63,487 nt of DNA, filler included, from Thraustochytrium aureum (GCA_012862495.1; 4 parts of 2 records of this genome joined end to end with filler, not necessarily neighbours in it); one strand, 5' to 3'. Numbered from the whole stretch's first letter, positions 1 through 12,481 are shown. Numbers and translations: made by a program. The notes: a model not told the origin generated them from the letters alone.

Positions 1-654
1 AAGGAAAGATGTCCCGCGTCTCGGAATAAATGTCTGTTGGGCAGCACATGGCCTCCCCGTTTGGGTTGGCGAAAAGCGCGGCCTTGCTAGGGTCCAGAAG
101 CGTTCGCCAATACTCGAGGTCAAAGGCGTTCTCTTCAAGAACGAACGTGGGCACGTACCAGCCGATGATCCCAGTGGCGCCCAAACTCCCACCGTCGATA
201 ACTCTCGACTCCTCGAGGACGTGCTTGAAAAAGTTTTCGTGGTGGCCCGCAGGCCAAATTTCTAAGACGGCGTCGAGCTCGCCGCTCGCCATTCTTGAAA
301 CATGCCAGGGGTCGAATCGATGTCCTGCTCAAGCTCTTCGGTGATCTCAACTGGGTACCCCAGAAACTCCTCGATGAAGATCGCAGCAAGGTAAACATTC
401 AAGTAGGACCCTACCCATGCGTTGACGCCAAGCCGCACCGCGCACGGGAAAGAGCCACTTTCGTCCTTTTCACAGCGGAACTTGGCTCCATCAGCTTTTG
501 GCCATTGACCCTCGTCAAAGCAGCATTCTGCTGGGTCGAGTGCGCACGATGCATTGAATAAGTTCTGGAATGAAATGCCGGTGTCTGCCGCGCTCGCGAG
601 CGGGGCCTTGCTCGCAGCTAGAGCGCATGCGGCGGCTACTCCGACAAGCCTCAT
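1..654 (-). CDS. Secreted/membrane protein with a ProX/OpuAC (glycine-betaine-binding, PBP2)-like domain; 3'-truncated at the window edge; one frameshift near 293
   Basis: Signal peptide MRLVGVAAACALAASKAPLASA, then AWVGSYLNVYLAAIFIEEFLGYPVEI. Adding one A (CAAGAATG to CAA AGA ATG) continues as RMASGELDAVLEIWPAG...LGATGIIGWYVP, matching ProX-family motifs G.lD..lEiW and G..GwyvP. Confidence 0.7.
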
Positions 655-758
655 GCTGCCGCGCGCGAGCTCGAGAGGTCGAGCCTCTTGCAGCCTCGCA
701 ATATTTGGGTCGTTGAGGGTCTGCCGCATCGAAACTGCGTGCTTCGTACAAACATCAC

Positions 759-825
759 TTCACATGAAGCAAAACCACATCCGTTCACATGGAGCAAAAC
801 CACATCCGTTCACATGAAGCAAAAC
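759..825. repeat. 25-bp tandem repeat TTCACATGRAGCAAAACCACATCCG, about 2.7 copies
   Basis: Read directly: units at 759, 784 and 809 (partial). Confidence 0.9.
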
Positions 826-1932
826 AAGGGCAACAACAACTGGCGCAGGTGGAGTCGCGCAGCGGAGCAGAACAGCGGAGCGTTTTCTTTCGCGCAAAGT
901 TCTCCAAGAAATACACCTATCCGTTGAATTGATCAGAGCCTGCAGGCCGCTGCATTGATTCGAAAGTTCGGCCTTCACTGCTCGGCGGCGCGCGCCGCTG
1001 CTGCATCTTGCTCTTGAGCCACATGGAGTACATCAAGCAAGGCACCGCGACGCCAGTCCAATCCGTTGGTCAAATCCGACGCAAACGGCACAAGCAGATT
1101 GAAAATAGCGGTATTTCGGCTAGAGAGCGGGTCAGGCGAGGGTGGCCAAAAAGCGTTCCGCAGGGCGGGTGGCGGGAGGATACAAATAAAGCAGGCGAGA
1201 TCGGCGGGTAACGGAGCACCTCGTCGCGGTGGTACGCAGTGCGCAGTGGCGCCCGGGGCAGAGCCGCAAGGGGCGAGGGGCACGGGCGAAGCAGCGGCAG
1301 AAGCAGCAGCGGCAGCAGCAGCAGCGGCAGNNNNNNNNNNNNNNNNNNNNNNNNNNNNNNNNNNNNNNNNNNNNNNNNNNNNNNNNNNNNNNNNNNNNNN
1401 NNNNNNNNNNNNNNNNNNNNNNNNNNNNNNNNNNNNNNNNNNNNNNNNNNNNNNNNNNNNNNNNNNNNNNNNNNNNNNNNNNNNNNNNNNNNNNNNNNNN
1501 NNNNNNNNNNNNNNNNNNNNNNNNNNNNNNNNNNNNNNNNNNNNNNNNNNNNNNNNNNNNNNNNNNNNNNNNNNNNNNNNNNNNNNNNNNNNNNNNNNNN
1601 NNNNNNNNNNNNNNNNNNNNNNNNNNNNNNNNNNNNNNNNNNNNNNNNNNNNNNNNNNNNNNNNNNNNNNNNNNNNNNNNNNNNNNNNNNGCTGTGGCGG
1701 CAGGCGCACAGGAGCGGCAAGGGTGCAGCTGCAGGGCGGCCTGCCTCGCCGGATCTCTCACGCTCGGTTGTGCCGGAGCTCGCCGCGGTCGACGCTGGCT
1801 GCCACGGCGGCGAACCGCCTCGGCGCGGTCCAACGCAAAACGGGGCGCTGGAGCGCGAGCTGGTGCGCGAGCTTTTGCAGGAACAAGTCGAGCGGGACGA
1901 CGAGGAGCCGGGAAGGCTCCACGGGCGGCAAC

Positions 1933-4468
1933 ATGCGGAACGGGATTGACGACACCGTGGTTGCGCTTCGGCCGATGCCGGGCCTCGCGGCGCCCACCCA
2001 TGTGGCGTTCAGCCCGTGCCGCAAGTTTCTCACATATTTGGCACCGTCAAGCGCAAGCGACCTCTTGACGCAGCACCTTTTCTTCGTCGACCTGCCGAGC
2101 GCGGCCGGCCCGCACCAAGTCGCCTGGGACCCGAGCTCGGATGCCGCGGAGACCGAGGAGTCCCTCTCACTTGAGGAAAAGCTGCGCCGCGAGCGGAGCC
2201 GACAGATGGGCGTCGGCGTCACCCAGTACGCCTGGTCGGCCATCGCGTCGCGAATGCTCGTTCCCCTCAACGGCAACATATTCATCAAGGAAGCCAGCAC
2301 GTTCTCGGACCCGGCCAAGGCGCGCCTGGTGTTCGACAAGGCCGCCGCCTCGTCGGCCCCCGCTGGAGATGACGCAACTGGCGGCGCGGTCGACCCAACA
2401 ATGAGTCCGAGTGGCGAGCTCGTGGCCTTTGTCCGGGACAGCGAGCTCTACGCCATGTCGCTCGAGGCGGACGGCGCAGCGCCCGTGCGGCTCACCTTTG
2501 ACGCGCGCCACACGGGGCGGACGAACGGACTTGCCGACTACTTGGCGCAGGAGGAAATGGACCGCTACAAGGGCTTTTGGTGGTCGCAGACCAGCAATCT
2601 GCTCGCCTTTGAGCAAGTCGACGAGAGCCACATCCCCGAGTACCGGATTATGCATCAGGGCAGCGACGAGGTGGGCAGTGGCGCGCAGGAAGACCACCGG
2701 TACCCGTTCGCTGGTAAAGCCAACCCGAAAGTGCGACTAGGCATCGTGGACGCGGTGGGCGCCTCGCCGAGCCGGCAAAGGGCCCCCGGTTCGCTGGCTC
2801 GACACTAGCCTCCCTGGCGACGGCGACGACATCTACGTTGCCCGAGTGGACTGGCTTCCAGACGGCTCGCTCGGTGTCCAGCTCGAAAACCGGGAGCAGT
2901 CGCTCCTGGTCTTCTACCGCTACGACGTTGAGACGGGCAGGCGGACTGAACTTGTGCGCGAGACCTCGAACGTGTGGATCAACCTCAACGACCTATGCGT
3001 TGCTTTCGAGTCGGCGGCGGCGGAGACAGCGTTTGGCGGGGCCCCGTTCATCGCAGCTGCCGCGGAAGGGGCAGAGGCGATGGACACCTCGGGCGACGGG
3101 CAGTCGCCTCGGGCCTCCACCGTCTCGCCTCTCAGTGCGACGGGCGCGCCGGGGTTTTTCTTTACCTGGGGCAGCGAAAGGTCCGGCTTCATGCACCTCT
3201 ACCTGTACTACTTTCACCGCGCGTCTGGCAAAGTCAGCTTGGTGCGACAGCTCACTAAGGGCGAGTGGCTCGTCACCTCCCTCGTGCAAGTCTCGATCGA
3301 ACGCGGCCTGCTCTTCTTCAACGGGACCGCGGAAGGCCCCCTCGAGCGTCACGTGTACGCATGCAAGCTCTGGGATGAGGAGCATACCGCAGCCGCTGGT
3401 GCTGCCGCAGGACCCCTGCCGAGGGAGCCCGGTCCGCTCGTGCGCCTCACGACGCGCAAGGGCACCAACTCGGTCGTGATCGACCACGAGTGCCAGCTGG
3501 CGGCCTGGACGTGGACGGACGTCGCCGAGGCGCCCACGACGGTGCTCAGCAAGGTCGTTTTTTCTGGAGCCGGGATCCAGCTGGAGCCGTTCAAGACGCT
3601 GCACGCTGGCGCGGAGAGCCCGCTCGTGGCTCAGCAGCTGCGCGGCCTCAGCTACGCTTTGCGCCCGCCCGAGTTTATCAGCTTTCAGTCCAGCGACGGG
3701 CAAGTCGAGCTGCACGGCGCCGTCTACCTGCCCGACGTCCAGAAACACGGCAACGGGCCTTACCCGCTCATCGTCCCAGTGTATGGCGGCCCCCACGTGC
3801 AGCGGGTGCTGGACACCTGGTCCACAACTGCCGACATGCGCGCGCAGCGCTTCGCCGACGCGGGCTACGTTGTGCTAAAAGTGGACAACCGAGGCTCGTC
3901 GGGCCGTGGAATAGCTTTTGAGGGCGCCATCAAGCACCGCATGGGGACCGTCGAGGTGGACGACCAGGTCGACGGCGTTAACGCCCTCGTCGCGCGCGGC
4001 CTTGCGGACCCGGAGCGGGTCGGTATCTACGGGTGGTCTTATGGTGGCTACATGTCGCTCATGTGCTTGATGAAGCGCCCAGGGACGTTTCACGTTGCCG
4101 TGTCGGGTGCGCCTGTCACGCACTGGGACGGCTATGACACCCACTACACCGAGCGGTACATGGGCACCCCGACGTCCAATCCGACCGGCTACGAGGAAGG
4201 CTCGGTGATGCGCCACGTGTACCAGCTCGAGGGCAAGCTCATGCTCGTCCACGGTCTCATTGACGAGAACGTTCACTTTCGGCACACTGCGCGCCTGATC
4301 AACTCGCTCATCGCGGCGCGCAAGACATACGACCTGCTGCTCTTCCCAGAGGAGCGCCACTCGCCGCGCCGCCTGCAGGATCGCATCTACATGGAGCAGC
4401 GGATCAAAGCCTACTTTGACCAGTATCTGCGCGACCGGACCTCCAAGAAGCAGCGAACTGACGAATAG
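1933..4468 (+). CDS. Dipeptidyl peptidase 8/9-like (peptidase S9B); frameshift near 2765-2785; start uncertain
   Basis: DPPIV N-terminal motifs ([31 protein letters not shown]), nucleophile [16 protein letters not shown] (Asp) and EERHS (His). ORFs 1066-2808 and 2846-4468 join through [24 protein letters not shown]. Confidence 0.93.
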
Positions 4469-5418
4469 CGCCTCTTTCCGAAACGCAAACAGACCAGCCC
4501 AGAACCGCGCGCCTTTCTGCGGCAGCCCCCTTCTCTGCCACCTAACCTCTGGTACAAGTAAGATGCCTACGCACTTGCGCGAGTGGGGCTCTGCACGGCG
4601 GTTCTACAAACTCAGCAGGCTCATGCATGCCGGGGAGACGCTTGCGGGCCTGCGCAAAAGGTCAACTTTCAGGCGCCGCCTCTGTCTCTATTGCTGGAGC
4701 TATGTGGCGAGAGTGCGTCTGGCGGCGCCTGACGGCAGTGCCATTCGTTAACGCGCCTCCCGTCTCTCTCAGCGCAGCGTAGTAACCCCAAACACATGGC
4801 TGTCAACCGTCGTCGACCGGAAAAAGTACTCTCAGTCAGTCAGTACGAAGTACCTTTTGATTCGCGATTGGCCTCCAGCCTCCGCGGCGCAGCCAGGCGC
4901 CGTCCCAGTGGGTGCTGTGCACGGCAGAGCCATTTCGTTCAACTCTTGGAGGCCGCGCGTCTGCCGTGCGAGTGCCACTATCACGAAGTGGTCTCGACTT
5001 GCTCGATCAAGATCAAGCGTAGGCCTATCTACTTGGAAGTGTGCTCTCAATCAAGTGGCGACACTGGCGAGTCGAGGACTTCTTCTCCTTGCCCGGTACT
5101 CGCTCGCAAGAGGACTTTGCCGGTCACCGCCACACGAGTGAATAGAATAGCTCACGAAGGCATGGAACGAGGCGAGAAAGAACCAGGACAGAACCCGCAG
5201 GACGCCTCCAGGCAGTCCCCGTTCGACGTCGCGCACGAGCCGCGCCGTCCGTCACCAGCAGCAGCACGGCAGCGCATCGCGGGGGCGGGCGGGCCAAAGC
5301 AACACGCAAACGCAACAGAGCACGACCAAAAAAACAGCACTTCGCGGCAGAGTGTTTGCAAGCGACGCTGAGCGCTGCACGAAACGAGCCACAGTGAAGA
5401 TCGGCCAGAGCGCTCGCG

Positions 5419-6333
5419 ATGGCGCGACGAGTTGGCGGGGTCGTCGTTGTTGGAGCGAATGGAATGCAGGTTGTGGCAGACGAGCGCGACCTGGAAGCGC
5501 CCCTTCCCTGGCTATGCTGTGAGCTCGGGAGAAGGCTTGGGCTTGGGACGGGAAACGAAACGATTTGCTTGGCGCAGAATGGACAACTGTGGGACGCGAG
5601 CTCGGGAACAGCGCTTGGCGCAGGGGTGGTTTCAGGGCAACCAATCTTTGCGTTTCTCGGCGAGCCGACGCACCGCGCCTTTCTCGAGGAGGTGTCCGAC
5701 CGAGACGACAACAACGTTAGCGAGGACGACGGCGCCTACGAGTCCGAGGTGAGCTCGACAAGTCTGTGCGACATGTCGTCCCTCTGCAGCGAAAGTCGCG
5801 AGGGGGCCGTCGTCGAGGGAGCGACGCGCGCCGAGGAACCCGATAGCAGCGACGACGGGTCGCTTGACGACGCACAGCAAGACATGCATGCGCCGCTCCC
5901 AGCGCGAGCCGTCGTCCACATGAGCCGGAACGCCACCGGAGACCTTGTGCTGCGAGGCCAGTGCATCCCGTTCCCGTTTTGGACTTCCCTGATCGAGCAT
6001 TTTGACCTGCGGCTCAAAACCATCGATGCGGAGCTCTCTGTCCTTACTGTGCGCGGCGCGGACTTGTACCTTGCCGAGGCGATCTTTGGCTTTGCCAAGG
6101 CGATGGGCGCTCACGTCCTCCGATTCGACCGTTGGCACGATGTTGCAGATGAACACAGACCCGATGGCTGTGACAAGCAGGCACAGGGCCATCCCGGCCG
6201 CGCCTGGCCTTGGCGATTCAGTACACCGACTCTCCTCACGACTTTTGCAATTGCTGCGGTCGGAGTCGCCGCTGCAGCGCTCGGATTTGGCGGTGCACCG
6301 GTGAACCGCTGGGCTGGTGCGCCGCTGATCTGA
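5419..6333 (+). CDS. Hypothetical protein with an acidic middle and a C-terminal hydrophobic (tail-anchor-like) segment
   Basis: 304-aa ORF with protein-like composition; C-terminal LLTTFAIAAVGVAAAALGFGG. No family recognised. Confidence 0.5.
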   Translation: MARRVGGVVVVGANGMQVVADERDLEAPLPWLCCELGRRLGLGTGNETICLAQNGQLWDASSGTALGAGVVSGQPIFAFLGEPTHRAFLEEVSDRDDNNVSEDDGAYESEVSSTSLCDMSSLCSESREGAVVEGATRAEEPDSSDDGSLDDAQQDMHAPLPARAVVHMSRNATGDLVLRGQCIPFPFWTSLIEHFDLRLKTIDAELSVLTVRGADLYLAEAIFGFAKAMGAHVLRFDRWHDVADEHRPDGCDKQAQGHPGRAWPWRFSTPTLLTTFAIAAVGVAAAALGFGGAPVNRWAGAPLI

Positions 6334-6484
6334 TTGACGCTCGCACGTGCCGAATTCTACTCGCTTGACGAGGATGGACATAGCGGGCAAGGTCTTGGGG
6401 CGGCAAACCGAAGAACCAGTAAAAGCTAGCATCTACTACATGATGCACATTGGATTGATTGGTATAGTGTGCCTCCCGCTCTTC

Positions 6485-6769
6485 CTACACTTGCGCCATG
6501 AACTCCGCCGCGCGAATTACTTTGTGGTCGGTGTCGCGTGCGGCTGCGTTGTTGACTTCGAGAGCCACTGGCACCGCCGAATGGCTTTCCCCGGTGTGCG
6601 GCGCCGTGCCCGCCAACTCGATTGCGCGCTTCGCTGCCTGGTCTCGTTCAAACTCCTCGGCGCTCTCGCAGCAGCACGCTCTTGCGCCGTGATACAGCGT
6701 CCAGCACCCAATGAGTGAAATGAATGCCACGACAGCGCCCCCCACGGCCGCCAGGACCGGCACGGCCAT
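6485..6769 (-). CDS. Small single-pass membrane protein with a juxtamembrane Cys cluster
   Basis: 94 aa; N-terminal hydrophobic helix VLAAVGGAVVAFISLIGCWTLY followed by ACCC; in-frame stop upstream. Confidence 0.4.
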   Translation of the reverse strand: MAVPVLAAVGGAVVAFISLIGCWTLYHGARACCCESAEEFERDQAAKRAIELAGTAPHTGESHSAVPVALEVNNAAARDTDHKVIRAAEFMAQV

Positions 6770-7339
6770 GATGCGCCCCGCTGGCAGGAACTTGAACGCG
6801 AGCCTTTGGGAAGCCTCCGGATTCGTCAGCTGCTGCTGTCGCGACCAAGTTGTGGGTCTGGTCGATTTATGCCAGAACCGCGCTCGCAGTCAAAATTCAA
6901 AGGCTGGGCTGAACCGTCTAAAACAGCCCTCGAAAAGCGTTTGCCTTGCCTTGCGGCGCGTCCCGCGGCCAGCGTGCGGCCTTCACCTGCGTTGCCTGCA
7001 CCTCTGTGTCGAACGGAAGCGGCAAAACGACAGGCGGGGGTCATCGAAACGCGTTTCTTCGCGGCTTCTATGAACAAGTGGGAGGAGAGCGGACGGTAGG
7101 CACAGGCACAACGATTACGCAAATTCATCTACTTGGCTCGTGTTCTCAGCGCCATGTTGTGGCCTCCCCGCACGGAGAGAGAAAGAGCGTTCGCTCGGCG
7201 AAGCAGCTCGCAAGGTGCGCGGGCGGCACAGGCCCCGTTGCCTGCCTCGCAAGATCAAGGTTGAGAAACGGGGCAATGGCCCGACCTCGACCTCCACCAG
7301 AACGTAGGACGGCGGAGGCCAGGGACCCCCACCAGAAGG

Positions 7340-8708
7340 TTAAACGGCGGAGACGAGAGACTTCCACCAGAAGGCTGAGCTTTGGGTATCGCAGCACGTC
7401 TGCTCGGCCGCCCCCGTCCGTGTCCCAATCAGGTTAGTGGGCGCGAATAAACAAATCAGCGTCGCAAGTAAAACGGAACACTTACGTCTCGAGGCGGTTG
7501 GCAGTTGCAGTTGCCGTCCTTTCCGCTGCAGCACCGAAAGCCAAACTGGCGGCACATGTCGTCGCAGCTCTGCTGGCAACCGCACGTGAGCCCTGGCGGC
7601 GGTCCTGGAGTTGGCGCCGGTATCGGAAGCGGCTTGGTGTCGTTAACCACCGCGAACGTCGGCGCGCTCAGAATGCCGCACTGGCCAGCCGGCCGTTGTG
7701 CAGATACTGGAAACCGCTTGAGGCGAATGTACCCCGCCTCGCCCCATCTTCAAGCCCGTCTCGTCAGTACCCCCCGAACATCCATCCACAGACGAATGAA
7801 AATGCGAGCGCTACTTACCCGGCGCCCCACGAATTCTTCACAATGAAAGCGTCCTGCGTGTAGCCCACGACCAGCACGCCGTGGTCCAGTTTGGTGCCGC
7901 AGGGCGCGTCAAACACGCCGCTCTTGTAAAACTGAAAGTCGCGCTCGTCCGCTTCAATAGCCACGGCAACCGGTGCCTTGGCAACCGCTGCAAGCAATTG
8001 AGCCTCGTCCAGCGGCGCCACGTCCACAAACGACGAAATACGCGCGACGCTTCGGCGGTTGCGTGCTTGGTCGCATGCGTCTTCCGCGCCGCGATAGGGA
8101 TAGTCCTCCTCCGAGTCGACTCCCCCGTTGTCCCTGACGTAGCGCATTGCAACGTCGAGGTTGCCCCCGGCGCATCCTTTGTTCTGACTCACACAATCGA
8201 CGAGCTGCTGCTCAGACAGCGACCGAAGGGCCCCAGTTGCGATCGCGTACGCGCCTTCGATCGAGCCTATCGTCGCAAAAGCCCAGCATGATCCGCATTG
8301 GCCCTGGTTCTTAACTTCCGCAACTGCGCCCTTTTGACGCCAGTCCACCGAGGCAGGGACGCTGGCATTGAGCACTGCAAACGCTCGGCTCCGTCCTTCG
8401 ATGGCCTCCTCCATCCCCCTGGAGAGCATAAACTCCCGGTACTCGTCGCGCGAGAGGTCGGCCAAGTGATTTACCCCGAGCGTGAACCCGAGCCCCTGGC
8501 TGTTGCGCCGCTGGATGTACGCCACGTTCTCCTCAAAGGACGCGCGTCGCGCAGCTTCGACCTCTACCGTTGGAAACACTTTGCCATGCTGTGCTTTGAA
8601 GCTTTCCCACGACGGCGGCAATGTTGGCCCATCCTCCGTCTTGCATTTCCCAACGCCGCTCACAATAGCCCACACAACAGCCCACACCAGCACCGTCCGC
8701 CGCGCCAT
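7340..8708 (-). CDS. Cathepsin L/papain-like cysteine protease (C1A) with signal peptide, I29 prodomain, Pro-rich linker and Cys-rich C-terminal domain; exons 8708-7819, 7747-7486, 7399-7340
   Basis: QGQCGSCWAF (catalytic Cys), LDHGVL (His), IVKNSWG (Asn). Splicing intron 7818-7748 (GTAAGT...TACTGAC...AAG) restores NSWGAGWGEAGYIRLKR. Intron 7485-7400 (GTAAGT...CACTAAC...CAG) adds TCCDTQSSAFWWKSLVSAV*. Confidence 0.93.
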
Positions 8709-9163
8709 ACCTTCGTTAAACGCCGCCTGACACCGAGTTTTCTCCAGGTGACGATACGTAGCTGCGTTCGGCCGTTGTCGCTGTCGCCTCCGCTGCTGGT
8801 GCTAGCTCGGCGCCGCTCACTCCAGCCGCGAACTTGGCAACACCGGCGCTCGTTCAGCACCTGCCACCGTTGCTGCCACCTCTGCAGCTGCAACTGCTGC
8901 TGCGTGAACTCGTTCGGTGTCTGCCGCATGCGCATCGTCGGCGCGCTCGCACTGGGCGCGATTCTCGCACTTTTTCGGACATGATCACACACGAATTCTT
9001 CTGTTCTTCTGCCTGGTTTTTGCACGGTGAAACTGGGTTGGGCTGGAACGGCTCTACTAGTAAGTGGGCAGAATTCCGAATCCGTGGTGCGCTTTGCACG
9101 TACGTTTTCTTGCGAACGGTCGCGACGCCGCAGGCTCGTGGACCAGTTGCGATTTCGCGTGCC

Positions 9164-9165
9164 CG

Positions 9166-9197
<32 letters not shown>

Positions 9198-9199
9198 TG
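9164..9199. repeat. (GTGC)n microsatellite between divergent genes
   Basis: Read directly. Confidence 0.9.
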
Positions 9200-9300
9200 A
9201 TTTGCGTGGCTCGCGTGACTTGTGCGCGTGTTTCACGCTCGCGCTTCTTCCTCGTACATACTGGGCTGTGAAGCGCCGTCTCGCGTGGCGGCTCGAGCAG

Positions 9301-11821
9301 ATGCTGCCCAAGCTGAAAGGGCTGCGCAATGAAGATGCCAGATGGCGCCATGAGCTTGGTTTGCAGAAAGGCGCCGCAGGAGCTGGCGCGCTCGGTGCGA
9401 AGAGGCCACGGCTGGACACAACCCCAAGCTTGCGAGGAGCGAAGGGCAAAGTGTACACAAAGAGCGCCCCGACGCTCGACCGGTGGAAGGCGGGGCTCGA
9501 GCCCGGCTCCGGACGGCCTGTCGACGGGAAGCGAGCCTTCCTGGACAAGGTTGAGGCGCGCGGCCCGACATGGAAGCGAGCGGACCACCTCAACCGAGGA
9601 GGAATGAGTGCAGACGAGAGCACAAGCACAGCTCTCGTGCCGATGGGCCCCGGCGGCAACAACAACGAGGACTCGGTTGAAACAAGCAAGCAGGGGCACC
9701 ACCAACGACGCGGGGCCTTGGCTCTCGTCACGGACCAGAGGGCCTCGATACAAAACCCGGAGCTGGCCATTCAAGCGTTTGAGGGGCCCGCTTCTCAAAA
9801 AGCGGACGACATGCTGCAGGTCGTTCTGGCCGTTCAAGAAATTACTAGATGGTTCGAAGAGCTGACGAGCGGACTCGACGGCCGCAACGCGCAGCTTGGC
9901 AGGGTGTTGGCCAAGGTCCGGTTGCGCTACGTTCGGTGCTTTGAAAGGCTCTTGCAAACGCTCTCCGAGCTGCAGCGCGAGAGGGATGCCGCACAGAGGC
10001 ACGGCTCGAGGCCAGCCGAGAAGAGCTGTACGATGCACAGGAACGCGTCCTGGTCCTTGAAGCGCAGACCAGGGCCCTTGAGGCTCGCGCATCTGCGCAA
10101 GAGATGGTATCCAGATCGCAAAACGATCGCATCGACGAGCTGGAGAGGGAGGTCGGCCATTTACGCGAGATGCTTCGCGGCGAGTCGCGCGACCTTATTG
10201 AGCGGGCCAGAACACCGGTCCAGCGAATAGCAAGCGCCGGCGGCGATGGCGCTGCTCAGTCGCGCGAGCCCAGCACCCGCCGCTGCACCGGTTTTAGCGA
10301 GGACGCAGCAGAGCCGCACCCGCCGGCCGACGCCGGCCTCCAGCTCACGCTTGATCAGCCACTTAGCACCCTGGAAAGTCTCGTGTGTTCGTTCGAACTA
10401 CAAAGGCCAGGAAAGAGAGGTTGCGCTGACCAACATGGGCAAGCTCCTCGAGGTGGCACAGTTCAACGCCAAGCGAAGGCTGGCTTCTGAAGCCAACTTC
10501 ATGCGGTCGCGACTCCGAAACGACTCGGTCTTGGTGGAGACTTGCGACGCGGGCACGATGACGTCCGACAAGGTTTCCGGCTTTGGCGCGGGCTCGCACG
10601 AGACCATCGAGGTTAGCCGCAACGTTTCGTTCCAGACGCTATGGTGGCGGGCGTTCAGTTTCGCAAGGTGCCCCCGCTGCAAAACGGACGTCAGCAAAGC
10701 CCTCACTGCAGCCGAGGCAATTGAGATTGAGCGGGTGCAGAACGAGGCACACGCAGAGATGTTTGAGCGCGAGAAGCGCAAGGCCGCACGGCGCGGGCGC
10801 GACAACGCTCTCAAAGGTCTCGTGCTTGAAGCCGCCGCGCTCGCTTCTGCAAAGTCTGCGCAGCAGTTGCCGCAAAACGGGGCTACTGCGTTTGCAGTGC
10901 CCTCGCAGACGCCAGGGGCGCTGCAGGAACCAAAGAGCCCCGCGTCTCCCGCCTCGCCGTCCTCTCCGAAACCCCAGACTACGCTCGCACCTCATCTTCT
11001 GGCCCGAGTGATGGACCACAACAAAACGGGGTTCGTCCTGCCCCCTGTGGCACGAGAGTTCCTTGTCAACCTGCCAATCAACATTATGGAAACCCCATGC
11101 CGCCCAATGGAATGGCTTTTGCACAAGATCCATGAGGTCTATGACGCCAAGCTGGAGGCGGACGCCTGCGACCGCGCCGACGGGATGCCACTGCAACCGC
11201 TGGGCCCGTTTTTGATTGAACAGCTCCTTTTTGCGCATGGTCTGCGGCGCCTGGCCGAAGTTCACCTATTTGACATGCTTCTCGCGGTGCAGACGCACTT
11301 GAAAAAGCACCCGCGGATCAAGCTCTTCGCCCGCTTTCTCGACGCGGTGACGTGCAGGACAGAGCAAGACCGGCTCACGAACAATAGCGTGTTTCAGATA
11401 TTTCTGCTTGTTCGGAGCCGCCTCCTCGGTCGAGATGGGTCTTCCGGCGGGCCCAGCGTCGTCTTGCACGAAGGTGGCAGCTATGTGCCTTTGCAGCTCG
11501 CGGTCGACTCGATGCGCGCGGTGTACTCGGTGTTCCTGCCTCCGCGGAAAGTAAACTTGCAGTGCAAGGCGGTGGAGAAGATGGCTGCAGTGCACGTGAG
11601 CTGGACCAACTCTCGCGGCCTCCATGTCTCGGAGGTGCGCAAGTCCAAGGGTGTCAGCACCGGTGACCGCATGACGGTGCGCATGAATATGCGCAAGGCA
11701 ATGCTTCAGGGAACAAGCCCACGGCCCGACGACACGGCACTGGCTGCTCCAGAGGCGGACGGGTCTGGTCATACAGAATCTGTGGTTGTTGACGTGGACC
11801 TCGTTCTCGATTCCCTCGTCA
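9301..11821 (+). CDS. Large coiled-coil protein with a TSNAXIP1-like/ciliary helical domain; frameshifts near 9990 and 10400; runs into a gap
   Basis: Three consecutive frames join into heptad-rich sequence (TEARLEASREELYDAQERV..., RIDELEREVGHLREML), followed by WLLHKIHEVYDAKLEADACD...FLIEQLLFAHGLRRLAEVHLFDML. The family call is from pattern memory only. Confidence 0.55.
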
Positions 11822-12481
11822 NNNNNNNNNNNNNNNNNNNNNNNNNNNNNNNNNNNNNNNNNNNNNNNNNNNNNNNNNNNNNNNNNNNNNNNNNNNNNNN
11901 NNNNNNNNNNNNNNNNNNNNNNNNNNNNNNNNNNNNNNNNNNNNNNNNNNNNNNNNNNNNNNNNNNNNNNNNNNNNNNNNNNNNNNNNNNNNNNNNNNNN
12001 NNNNNNNNNNNNNNNNNNNNNNNNNNNNNNNNNNNNNNNNNNNNNNNNNNNNNNNNNNNNNNNNNNNNNNNNNNNNNNNNNNNNNNNNNNNNNNNNNNNN
12101 NNNNNNNNNNNNNNNNNNNNNNNNNNNNNNNNNNNNNNNNNNNNNNNNNNNNNNNNNNNNNNNNNNNNNNNNNNNNNNNNNNNNNNNNNNNGGGGGCTCT
12201 GCACGCAACAGCCTGGGAGCTAGCCCCGATCCCTGTCAGCGGGTCTCGCGGCGTCGCCAGCGATCGATGCCGATCCGTCGACCTCGCTCAACTCACCGCT
12301 GCCGCGCCTCCTGCCAAACTCCCGACGACCAAGCGAGGGAGACCAGCGCTGCGACTGACGCGCCCGACCGTAGGAAGTGCGCTCTCTAGAGAGAGAGCGC
12401 CTGCTTTTTGTTTGTTCTTGAAAAGATTGCTTTGTATTGTGGCTTGGCCTTCGGGTCCTGCCTCGCGCCAAAGCGAGAATG

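Noticed and set aside
2760..2810. Programmed ribosomal frameshift in the DPP gene
   Set aside because: No clear slippery heptamer, and similar indels occur in many unrelated genes here, consistent with sequencing error.
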